Under the pieces are notes generated by a model. That model was given only the letters and a program-made list of their open reading frames with translations. It was not told the origin of the DNA and did no database searches. From a virus: a stretch of DNA of 64,000 bases. The position numbers were made by a program, and so were the translations under genes. This document shows positions 45,558-54,347 of the stretch, one piece after another (the first letter of the stretch is position 1; every line of letters begins with the position of its first letter). The stretch spans positions 1 through 64,000 of IMG/VR virus record IMGVR_UViG_3300037840_000216; one strand, 5' to 3'.

Positions 45558-47948
45558 TTAGTATGCGAACCAGGTGCTTTCTTCGCCGTAGACAATTCCG
45601 TTATTTTCGACCGGGTAAGTTTCGACGTTGAAGTCGCTTAGCAACGTATTGGTATCGTCCGTGCCAGTCTCCTCGTAGATGCTAGTGTCAGCCGCGACCG
45701 AGAACTGGCTGCGCAGGAAGGCCAGTTCTTTGAGGCCTGCGAAATACGCGCGGTCGGATTCGAACTTGGCTTTCGCTTCCTTGTATTCGTGGCGGCAAGT
45801 AACCCAGAAGTACATGACCGGCGTCGATTCATCCAGCACGAGAGCCTGCCGGTTGAGGCCGGAGACGGCGATGCTCGTGTTGCCTCGGAACTGAGGTTCT
45901 CCCTCGACCGGGTAGCTAACTGCGTTTTCAGCATTCTGGGCGGCGCGCGCCCCGAGGAGCGTGGTGGGGCTGGAGCGAGCAGCCGGTGGCTTGAGGAAGG
46001 TGTTGATCTGGAGTTCGATCTGACGTAGCGTTTCCGGGTCCACGCGGTTGGCCGCAGGCGGGGCGACGGTTGGCGTCGGGGTTGGATGTTCTGGCGTGGA
46101 CGGTCCCTGGATCAGGTCGTTGAGGATCGGCTGGTATGCCAGTTCGAGCGCGTCGTAGATGACACCGACTCGCTTGGCCGTGAAGGACGGCACGGAGATT
46201 TCCGCGAGGAAGGGCAGCGCCACCCAGTCCGGGAAGAGCTTGTAGCTCGTCGGCTTCTGGTAGTCGCCTGGTTCGTACGGGCGAGCCTGAAGGTGGCTGA
46301 ACTCGATCTTGACGAACTTAGCAGTGATCGGTTCCGGCAACACGTAGGTCGTCTTGACGCTAGTGATGTAGGATTGCGGAACGTGGATCCAGAGCTTCTG
46401 TTCCCACTCTTCTTCGGTCATCGGTTCCGTGCCTTCGCTGCCGGTCAGGTCGTTGGTGTAGTAGATGTTGAACGCCACGCCAGGAGTGAGCGGGTCGATG
46501 ATGATGCTGTCGATGACCACGGCGTTGTCTTCGATTTCGGGTTCGATCAGTTCGACGGAGCCAGAACGGCCCTTCTGGTTTTCCCACTTGGCGCTTGCCT
46601 CGTCCCCATCGACGTAGGCTGTCGTTTTGGTGCCGGACTGAGCCTGAGCCCCATCGATGTAGAAGATCCGTGCGTGTGTCTCGTTGGCCAGCGTACGAAC
46701 GGCGACGGTGGACTGGCCGGTGGAGATGGGGCTTGCGAGCGTCACAGAGAACCGCTGCCATTCGGCAGTGAGCGTGACGACTTCTTCCGCTTTACCCACG
46801 GTGTCGTCGCCGACTTCCAGAACGACATCGTAGGTGCCCGTGTTGCTCCGTGCCCACACGGAGAAGGTGGTTGGTTTCGCGACGGCGATGTTGACCTGAG
46901 CGTACACGCCTTCGGGGTAGTGGAAGCGGTCGCTACCGTGTTCGGCGGTGTGGACTTCGAGAGAGTTGACACCCTTCTCGGCGGTCGGCGTGTTGACGAC
47001 TTTGATGACGCACTGGCTTTCGAACTCTACGTCGAAGCGCAGCACGGCCTCCAACTTCTGAACGAAGGAACCTGAGGATGGTTCTTCCACGGCGGGCTGT
47101 TCGGGCTCCACGAACTCTTCGAAGTCTGATGAAGTCTGCCACCCGAACGGCTGACCTCCCACGATGTCGTACTCGAAGCTCGGATTGAGCAGTTGGTTGA
47201 CGACTCCGTAGGTCGGCGTCTCGGGGAACTGGCGCAGGTCGGAGTAGTGGCTGGTGACCGCGAACTGGGACGGTTGTGGTGCTGAGAGCCAGTATCCGAC
47301 GTTGGTGTTCGCTCCGACCGGAGCTTCCGCATCCGAGTGAACAGTGACCGCGCGGTAGGGATTACCCAGGAAGTCCGTGCCGCCGTCTGCTACGAGCCCC
47401 AGGAGCCGGAAGGCCAGGGACGCAGGCGCAGCTTCTTTGCCCGCGAGAGGGGTGCTGCCATCGCTCTGGACGGCTTCTACGAACCCAGGCAGCGGGTTAG
47501 GCTGAGCATAGTAAAGCTTCTCCACGCCGGACACCACGGTAATGCCGATGCGTAGCTCGGAGACGTTCGTGGTCATGCTCACGTCCACCGGGATTTCCTC
47601 GTCCAGGATGGCATCGATCCAGATGCGTTCGCCTTCGGCCTGAGCCCCTACTGCGGTGCCCTTGGCGAGGATCTCCCAGGCGGTGTCCCCGAAGTTGTGT
47701 TGTTCGATGGTGAAGTTGATTGTGACGGGCGCTTCGGCGCTCGGGAAAGCGGCGTCTTCCGTGACCTCCACTAGAAGCTGGAAGCCCGAGATGCCAGGGA
47801 AGCGAGTTTGTCCCGCTTTGACTCCACGCAGGTAGTCTTCCGGTAGGCGGAACTGTTGGTAGTAGGTTTCGTCAGGCGTGAGCGAGGCAGTGACGACATT
47901 CTGGTCGATCACTACTCCGCTGTATTCGGCGCATACGTTGCTCATCAC
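45558..47948 (-). CDS. Minor tail protein with carbohydrate-binding-like domain
   Basis: NQLLNPSFE..TFSVWAR..EWQRFSVT..FYIDGAQ..YVDGD. Confidence 0.7.
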   Translation of the reverse strand: MMSNVCAEYSGVVIDQNVVTASLTPDETYYQQFRLPEDYLRGVKAGQTRFPGISGFQLLVEVTEDAAFPSAEAPVTINFTIEQHNFGDTAWEILAKGTAVGAQAEGERIWIDAILDEEIPVDVSMTTNVSELRIGITVVSGVEKLYYAQPNPLPGFVEAVQSDGSTPLAGKEAAPASLAFRLLGLVADGGTDFLGNPYRAVTVHSDAEAPVGANTNVGYWLSAPQPSQFAVTSHYSDLRQFPETPTYGVVNQLLNPSFEYDIVGGQPFGWQTSSDFEEFVEPEQPAVEEPSSGSFVQKLEAVLRFDVEFESQCVIKVVNTPTAEKGVNSLEVHTAEHGSDRFHYPEGVYAQVNIAVAKPTTFSVWARSNTGTYDVVLEVGDDTVGKAEEVVTLTAEWQRFSVTLASPISTGQSTVAVRTLANETHARIFYIDGAQAQSGTKTTAYVDGDEASAKWENQKGRSGSVELIEPEIEDNAVVIDSIIIDPLTPGVAFNIYYTNDLTGSEGTEPMTEEEWEQKLWIHVPQSYITSVKTTYVLPEPITAKFVKIEFSHLQARPYEPGDYQKPTSYKLFPDWVALPFLAEISVPSFTAKRVGVIYDALELAYQPILNDLIQGPSTPEHPTPTPTVAPPAANRVDPETLRQIELQINTFLKPPAARSSPTTLLGARAAQNAENAVSYPVEGEPQFRGNTSIAVSGLNRQALVLDESTPVMYFWVTCRHEYKEAKAKFESDRAYFAGLKELAFLRSQFSVAADTSIYEETGTDDTNTLLSDFNVETYPVENNGIVYGEESTWFAY

Positions 47949-47969
47949 AAGTTACCGTGCCGAAGTTGC

Positions 47970-49904
47970 CTAAGGCGCTACGTTCCGCCCGATGCGCAGG
48001 TTCCTAACCTCGATGCTGTAAGGAAACGTCAAGCCCCCCGGTTTGCGCGCGAATTCGAAGCGCAAGAAGCGCGTGTAGATCATGGCTCCCAGAGACGTGC
48101 CGACGTTGAGCGTGACCAGGGTCCACTGGTTGACGTTGTGGGCGTCGTAGGACAGGCTGAGGGTAGATGGAGCATCCACTTCGCTCTGGATGGTGACGGG
48201 AATGAAGCGCTTGTCGGGAGCCGCGTCGAGCAGGTCGTAGTCCACGCCGATGGTGAACGGCTTTTGGGTCGCTTCGAACGTGATGAAGTTGACAGCCTGG
48301 ACCGTACCGAAGTCGATCTCCAGGAAGTCGGTACCTTCGAGGCGCTCGTTCGAGGACCAGAACGGAGCCGTTTCCGGTGGGGCTCCATGGATCTCGGTGA
48401 GCGTCTGATAGACCGCAGGGTAGACAGAGTTGACCAGCGGTTCTGGTCCGACCTTGGTGGTCAAGAGTTCTGGTGGGTTGACCGCCGCGTCGAGCGCGGT
48501 GAATTCCTCCAACGGGCTCTGGAAGGTGGCGAGGAACGGGTACTGTGCCTGCTGTTCCTTCGAGAACGGGCCGACGTGTTCGTCCGGTGCGTTATCTTCG
48601 GTGTAGGCGGTGGCTGCTGGAATGTTGTGGAAGTTAACGTAGTTGGCATGCCCACCGTCAAGCGCCATCGGTGCCTCGTTCTCGACGCCTGGTTCGATCC
48701 AGGTGGTCGAGCTAACCGGAGGCCACGGGAGCCCTCGCTTGCCAGTGACGTAGCGTAGAACCTGAATGAATTCGGAGTCGGCGAAAACTTCGCTCGGGAT
48801 CTGACGTTTGGTCGTGCCAGGTGCTTTGCCTGGTGTCAGGATCGCGGTAACCGGCTTGATATTGTCGATGGCGACCTGAGCGAAGTACCAGTCTTCGGTC
48901 GGGATCACCGCGTCCTCGCCGTCTGCGCTCACGCCGACTTGTTCGACGGTCACTTCGACCTCGCACAGTTTTTCTTCATCGTCGGCGAGGAGGTTCTTCG
49001 TGACAAGGAACTGCGGCATGGGCCTGTCGGCCAGTTCACCAGTGAAGCTGATAACCAATGGGTTGCCAGGGAAGGGTCCACCTGTAACCGATACGTTGCG
49101 ATCCCCTATGACCGGAACGAGTTCGAGCGCTTCGGTCAGTTGGCCAAAGTCTACGTCGAAGGGTAGCGGCGCGGTAGTAGTGGTGTTCTGGACTTCTTCT
49201 TTGCCGCCGCCCGGACCCAACGGCATTGTGAGTTGGAAGGTCCCTTCGATGGGGTTACCTTCCTCTACGGAGATCGTCTGCTGTGCGCTCTGAGGGTGCT
49301 CCTGGCGAGGCAGGAGGATGATCTCCTCGGTGGAGTGGGTCAGGCCGATGCGCTGGATGCCCTGCGGGTCGTCGGAGTACTGGTCGTATAGCGCGTGATA
49401 GTTCTCCACGATTTCGACATCCCGGTTGAGTGCGGACTTGGCAGCAAGCTCGATCCCGAGGATCGTACCTCCGGCACGGACGGCCTTAAGGTAGTTGATC
49501 GCGCGGTTCTTGTAGGACGAGTCGGATTCACGGATGGCCTCTGCTTGTTCGTGATCGAGCAGTCCTTCCGTGTCATCAGTGTATGTCTCGAACGCCAGGC
49601 GGGCGAAGGAGAACGGTTCCGCGTAGAAAGAATCAAGTTCAGTTGTGCGTAGGCCGTTGTTTTCCACGTTCAGGCGAGCGATGAGGTAGTTCTGCTTGAG
49701 GGTGCCGAGGCCAGCCGGACCAAGCAGAGCGTACATGAGCGCGACCAGGTTCGAGTCGAGCGACTTGTTGTACAGCGATTCCGGGAAGGCATCGAGGTAG
49801 CTGACGGGATGTTTCGGTCCGCCCAGAGGCTCAATGAATACCTGCTGGTTGATGACCGTCGTAATGTCAGGTGTTTCAACTGTTGTGCCGATGGGTTCAG
49901 CCAT
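47970..49904 (-). CDS. Putative baseplate wedge/tail protein
   Basis: Follows baseplate J; YKNR..YLKAV..GGT..GIE pattern. Confidence 0.65.
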   Translation of the reverse strand: MAEPIGTTVETPDITTVINQQVFIEPLGGPKHPVSYLDAFPESLYNKSLDSNLVALMYALLGPAGLGTLKQNYLIARLNVENNGLRTTELDSFYAEPFSFARLAFETYTDDTEGLLDHEQAEAIRESDSSYKNRAINYLKAVRAGGTILGIELAAKSALNRDVEIVENYHALYDQYSDDPQGIQRIGLTHSTEEIILLPRQEHPQSAQQTISVEEGNPIEGTFQLTMPLGPGGGKEEVQNTTTTAPLPFDVDFGQLTEALELVPVIGDRNVSVTGGPFPGNPLVISFTGELADRPMPQFLVTKNLLADDEEKLCEVEVTVEQVGVSADGEDAVIPTEDWYFAQVAIDNIKPVTAILTPGKAPGTTKRQIPSEVFADSEFIQVLRYVTGKRGLPWPPVSSTTWIEPGVENEAPMALDGGHANYVNFHNIPAATAYTEDNAPDEHVGPFSKEQQAQYPFLATFQSPLEEFTALDAAVNPPELLTTKVGPEPLVNSVYPAVYQTLTEIHGAPPETAPFWSSNERLEGTDFLEIDFGTVQAVNFITFEATQKPFTIGVDYDLLDAAPDKRFIPVTIQSEVDAPSTLSLSYDAHNVNQWTLVTLNVGTSLGAMIYTRFLRFEFARKPGGLTFPYSIEVRNLRIGRNVAP

Positions 49905-49948
49905 TACGTTCCCCTTTGTTCCAGATCTGCTGCACTTCCTTGTTTCAT

Positions 49949-52633
49949 TTAGCTCTTCTCCCACACGTTCTGGGCGCGAGACTTGATGATCAGGCCCGGG
50001 ACGGTATCTCCTTCCTGCATCCCAGTCGGCAGCGCAGGAAGCTCGTCGTCGCGCAGGAAGAAGTCAGAGTCGAAGGTGTATTCTCCACCGGCCAGCGGTT
50101 TGTCCAACGGGTCAGCCGGGTAGATCACGGTCGGGAGAACTCGTTTGCCGGTGGCTGCGTACGTAATGCGGAAGGAGCGGATCGGTTCGGTGACGCCCAC
50201 GTTCGAGCGTTTGTCCTCGGTGACGGTGACGGTCGCAGCGCCCAAGACTTTGTTGATTTCTTCCTCCAGCTTAGCTGCCGTTGTGCCTTCTTCGATGGGC
50301 TCAATTTCTTCCGTTTTTTCGGAGCCCCCTTTTCCGTACACAAGCTGGTAGGCTCCACGTTCCGGGTTGCCGACAACGTAGAGAGCTTGGATCTCTTCGT
50401 TGGGGGTGTTGCCCCACTGCACGCGGTCGAGGAAGACCCCCTCCAACGGCTTGCCGTGGATGTCAGTCTGCTGCACGCGAACGAGGTTGGGATCGTTTGG
50501 TACATCGTTGGACCAACGCACATTCTGCACGCCTGCGACGTTGTGGATCTGCGCGAGCAGATCGGAGAGGCGTACGACGTTGCCGAAGGACTGGTTGGCG
50601 AAGAACTGCGAGATCGCTTCCTGGATGGCATTGTTCACCGTGGACGGCGTAGCCTGCGGTGAGTAGACTACGGTGATGTTGAGCTTGAAGTAGCGGATCT
50701 TGGCACGGTGGGCGAGCACGTCGGTGGTGACCTGACGGTTGGCCTCTAGCGCAGCTTGGAGGTCTTCGATGTTCTGGTCGTAGAAGTACGGTTCGACTTC
50801 AACGAGTTCCGGGCTTTCGTGTTCGGCGAACGTTTTGCCGGTGTACACAGGCTCTTCTTTTTCAGGTGTCGGCACGCCTTCTCCGGCTCCGCCTTTGTCT
50901 CCCTTGATGGTGGCGCTCCACTCGATGCCATCGCGTGCTCGCACGGTGCCGAAGTAGGTTGACGTGTCATGTACAAGCCAGTAGTGGACCCCGAGATAGT
51001 ATTTGTCCGACCCGATGTTGATCTGGCCAGGGATCTTCAGGACGGGCTCGGCAAAGAGGGTGGTAAGAATGTTGCCTTCGAGCGGGCGCTTGGTCGGGTT
51101 CCCGTCGCGGCGGTAGTTCTCGTAGTAGTACATGCTCGTCGGGTCGTCCACGAACTCTTGGGCGCTACCCGAGAGCAGGCAAGAGAAGATCGTGCTCGTG
51201 GACTGTTCGTTTGTACCGTCGATGTAGATATCGACTGCGTTGGTGACGTTGTGCAGAATGCTATTGCGTGAGGCCGCTGATGTGTAGGCGTATTCGAAGA
51301 GCACGATGTCTTCTGGTGAGAGGGCGGCGATAGCCCCTGGTTCTGCACCGAGGAAGACGTTGATGAAGGTGACGTTTGGCTGGTTTTTGCCGGTGATGCT
51401 CGTGCGGGGGTCCGGGCCTACACCGTCGATCATCGCGCGTAGGGTGTCGCCCTGTAGCAGCGGCGGGTAATTGAAGTTGAAGTCCACGTCTTCGCGAAAG
51501 AAGAATTTACTGATGCCCGACGTGATGTCCGAGACAAAGACCGGCAGCCCTTTCCAAATTTCCTTAGCGAACGGATTGGTCGAGAGAGCGGTCGTCCACT
51601 TGTTGTGGAGCGTTTCGCGTACCGCTTCGGGGTCGCCGATAAAGACCCATCCGTCTACGACTTCGCTCGACAGCGCTTTCGAGATTTCGATTTCGGTCGG
51701 GGACAGGATGCCGATGACCGTGCCGGATGAGGCTAGGGTCGGGCTGTCTTCTGATTTGTAGACCTCGACCGGGACGCCCGTTTCGATCCCGATGGTGGAC
51801 GGGATCGTTACGATTTTGCTGAAGTTCGCGCCAGAGCCACGCACCATGAACGGGGATGGATAGCCGGGGTAGGATTCGCCGCCGCCGAAGGGGTAGAGGG
51901 TCGTGTCGTCCTGGAAGGGGACCTGGATATACTCCTGGTATTTGGAGATCGGCCCGATGACGTTCGCCTTGGTGCTAAAGGCGGTCGCCACAGAGAGTGC
52001 GAGGAACTGATCTTCAGTGCCCGCAAGGTTCCTGAAGACGGTGTTCTTGAAGCGCGTCTTGAGACTGTTGTCGTCTTCCTGGTCGGTACCCCCGGTCGTC
52101 GCAGCGGGGTTGGTGACGGCGGTGATACCGAGGACCGGCGCAAAGGACATGATCGTAACGGCTTCAGCTGGGACGTTGCCGATGGAGCCAGGGCTTTTTG
52201 CCTTGATCGGGACGAGTTCCGTTTCGGTTTCGCCAGCGTGCAACGTGATGGATGAGGTCGTGACGAATTCAGGCAGAATGCCATCGGTTGCCGTCGAGAC
52301 GTGGGACTTGAGAATAATTCCTGAGGGAATGACGATATTCGTGGGTGACGGTGTGTTGCGCGAGAACTTGACGAAGCCTGTGGCGTTTGTGGCCACCTGG
52401 CGTTCGAAGCCGAAGAGCGCCATGAAGTTAGTCAGGTTCGCCCCGAACTTGCTGTCCACGTTCAGCGCTTCGGCGAGGCCGATCAGGTCGATGGAGCTTT
52501 CCGCTAGCGCTCCGGCCACGGTGTCCAGGATGAGACGCTCCGGCGTACCGACTTCAGCGGAGATCGTAGGCTTGAGCAGCCGAAGCTGCGCCACCATCTG
52601 TTCCGCGATCTGGGTCTGACTGAGGGCTGCCAT
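49949..52633 (-). CDS. Baseplate J-like protein
   Basis: L..F..ER..AT.ATG.V.F, G.IGNVPA, VTNPAATTGGTDQEDD..L..R. Confidence 0.9.
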   Translation of the reverse strand: MAALSQTQIAEQMVAQLRLLKPTISAEVGTPERLILDTVAGALAESSIDLIGLAEALNVDSKFGANLTNFMALFGFERQVATNATGFVKFSRNTPSPTNIVIPSGIILKSHVSTATDGILPEFVTTSSITLHAGETETELVPIKAKSPGSIGNVPAEAVTIMSFAPVLGITAVTNPAATTGGTDQEDDNSLKTRFKNTVFRNLAGTEDQFLALSVATAFSTKANVIGPISKYQEYIQVPFQDDTTLYPFGGGESYPGYPSPFMVRGSGANFSKIVTIPSTIGIETGVPVEVYKSEDSPTLASSGTVIGILSPTEIEISKALSSEVVDGWVFIGDPEAVRETLHNKWTTALSTNPFAKEIWKGLPVFVSDITSGISKFFFREDVDFNFNYPPLLQGDTLRAMIDGVGPDPRTSITGKNQPNVTFINVFLGAEPGAIAALSPEDIVLFEYAYTSAASRNSILHNVTNAVDIYIDGTNEQSTSTIFSCLLSGSAQEFVDDPTSMYYYENYRRDGNPTKRPLEGNILTTLFAEPVLKIPGQINIGSDKYYLGVHYWLVHDTSTYFGTVRARDGIEWSATIKGDKGGAGEGVPTPEKEEPVYTGKTFAEHESPELVEVEPYFYDQNIEDLQAALEANRQVTTDVLAHRAKIRYFKLNITVVYSPQATPSTVNNAIQEAISQFFANQSFGNVVRLSDLLAQIHNVAGVQNVRWSNDVPNDPNLVRVQQTDIHGKPLEGVFLDRVQWGNTPNEEIQALYVVGNPERGAYQLVYGKGGSEKTEEIEPIEEGTTAAKLEEEINKVLGAATVTVTEDKRSNVGVTEPIRSFRITYAATGKRVLPTVIYPADPLDKPLAGGEYTFDSDFFLRDDELPALPTGMQEGDTVPGLIIKSRAQNVWEKS

Positions 52634-53085
52634 TAGGTGCTCATCGGGATGTTGAGTTCGATGCTATCATTGCCGATTTCAAGTTGGAGCGTGCAGAGCA
52701 GGTGGTCTTCTGCCTGCACGAACTTGATGCTCAAGACCTGGAGCAAGATCTCTCCGGGAGTGAGCGTTGGCTTGCCGAATCGTACGGCGTCAGATTCGTT
52801 ACGTGCAATCTGCTGCGCCTGGTAGTTCTGGCACAAGCGCGTAAGCTCTGAGCGGATGAGGGCGGCGGCATGCTGGAAGTCTTTCGACCCAATGATCTGG
52901 ACCTCCGGGTTGATTAGGTCTTCCTCCAGGATCGAGCCGAATTCAGGATGCAGTTCCTCGAACCCAAGGGGGGTCAGAATGGCGCACACAAGGTCCTGCT
53001 GGAGCTTCGCAGCGTCCACCACGGTACCGAGGGAAGTTCCGCTCAGCCCCAGGTCGCCGTTCTTGAGTGCAAGTGAGAAGCTCAT
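52633..53085 (-). CDS. gp25/W-like baseplate protein
   Basis: KLQQDL..ILTPLG..HPEFGS.L. Confidence 0.75.
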   Translation of the reverse strand: MSFSLALKNGDLGLSGTSLGTVVDAAKLQQDLVCAILTPLGFEELHPEFGSILEEDLINPEVQIIGSKDFQHAAALIRSELTRLCQNYQAQQIARNESDAVRFGKPTLTPGEILLQVLSIKFVQAEDHLLCTLQLEIGNDSIELNIPMST

Positions 53086-53156
53086 CGCCTTAGTCGTCCA
53101 GGTATTCGATTTCGCACTGTGAGCAAATATTCATCGCCTATTACCCCATCGTTTGC

Positions 53157-54002
53157 CTATAGCAACTTCGCCTGTTGACGTAGCTCTTGATGCCACTCGG
53201 GCTCTTGTTTGGGATTCGATCCAGTTTCGAGCCACTCGCGGTAGTCGTCCATGCGGTCCCGCTGATCAAGGCGCACACCAAAGTAGCTCTGACCATTGAA
53301 CTCCTGCCAGTGAAACCCGCCCAGAGCCAGCACTCGCTGCGCGTGGGCATCTTCTGGCTCCGCCGTGATGATCTTGACCCCGAGGGTACGCCACCAGGAC
53401 GGCCTGCGGATCAGCGCTTGGTAGAAGCCTTGGCCTCGGTACTCGGGTTCCACTTCCAGCTTGTCATAGTGGGCGCGTTCAGCATCAAGGTGCAGCCGGA
53501 GTCCAGCGACTCTCTTGCCTTGGTTCGTCCAGACGGTTTCAACCACGGTAGATCCCTCCGGGTGGATGCGTTCTGCTACCGCCGCCTTCGTACCAGGAAA
53601 GGCGGTACTAAGATCCATGCGGTCGGCAAAAGCCGTTGCAGTGCCAGGTCCATGCAAAGCGTCGAGATGCTCGCCGGTCCTCACATGAAAGTGGGCTTCG
53701 GGATCAACTTCTTCCTTGGCTTCTACCATGTTGAAGGCAAAGACTGTATTGCGGACCTCGTTGATGATCGAGGCAAGCATCGATAGTGCTTCTTCTATTT
53801 CTTTAGTGCTTTTGGCTTTGCCCGCACTAGCCTGCGGAAACCATGGCACGCGCAGCCCGTTGGGTACTTCGGTGACGGTGCCCTCCTTGTTCTGAAGGAT
53901 GCGACCCGAGGACGCGGAGATAACAGCATCCCCTGGTTTCACCTGAGGGACTTTGACAAGGTTCCAAGGACCTTCGCCACCTGGTTCAGGGTTATTCGAC
54001 AT
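53157..54002 (-). CDS. Hypothetical protein with C-terminal GNAT-like fold
   Basis: LEVEPEYRGQGFY acetyl-CoA-binding-like motif, ..LGGF. Confidence 0.55.
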   Translation of the reverse strand: MSNNPEPGGEGPWNLVKVPQVKPGDAVISASSGRILQNKEGTVTEVPNGLRVPWFPQASAGKAKSTKEIEEALSMLASIINEVRNTVFAFNMVEAKEEVDPEAHFHVRTGEHLDALHGPGTATAFADRMDLSTAFPGTKAAVAERIHPEGSTVVETVWTNQGKRVAGLRLHLDAERAHYDKLEVEPEYRGQGFYQALIRRPSWWRTLGVKIITAEPEDAHAQRVLALGGFHWQEFNGQSYFGVRLDQRDRMDDYREWLETGSNPKQEPEWHQELRQQAKLL

Positions 54003-54010
54003 TAGCTGAT

Positions 54011-54325
54011 TTATTCTTGTAGTTCATAGTACTTACCCTTGTGTTTCACTATAGCGCCTGCAAGGTATTCACCATCGGGTTTCCAGTCTTCGATGGCAGG
54101 GTCCTTCTGCTCGTAGACACCAGTGAGGTACCACGAACCGTTTTCTTCGGTAACCATCCACCGCTCGCCCGGCACGGGCCAACGAAACGTGGGCGAGTAG
54201 TGGTAGGAGTTGATGGAGATAACCTCGCCGTTACGTGTTTCCGCTTCGATGGTGTTCGTGATCGGTTCGCAGGTAAGGATCTTGACACCCTGTTTCAACT
54301 GCATGTTCATGTGGTCAGTGAGCAT
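54011..54325 (-). CDS. Putative baseplate spike-like OB-fold protein
   Basis: WPVPGERWMV..W.L; position after hub. Confidence 0.5.
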   Translation of the reverse strand: MLTDHMNMQLKQGVKILTCEPITNTIEAETRNGEVISINSYHYSPTFRWPVPGERWMVTEENGSWYLTGVYEQKDPAIEDWKPDGEYLAGAIVKHKGKYYELQE

Positions 54326-54347
54326 TAGTGGGCCTGTCCGGTCGGCG

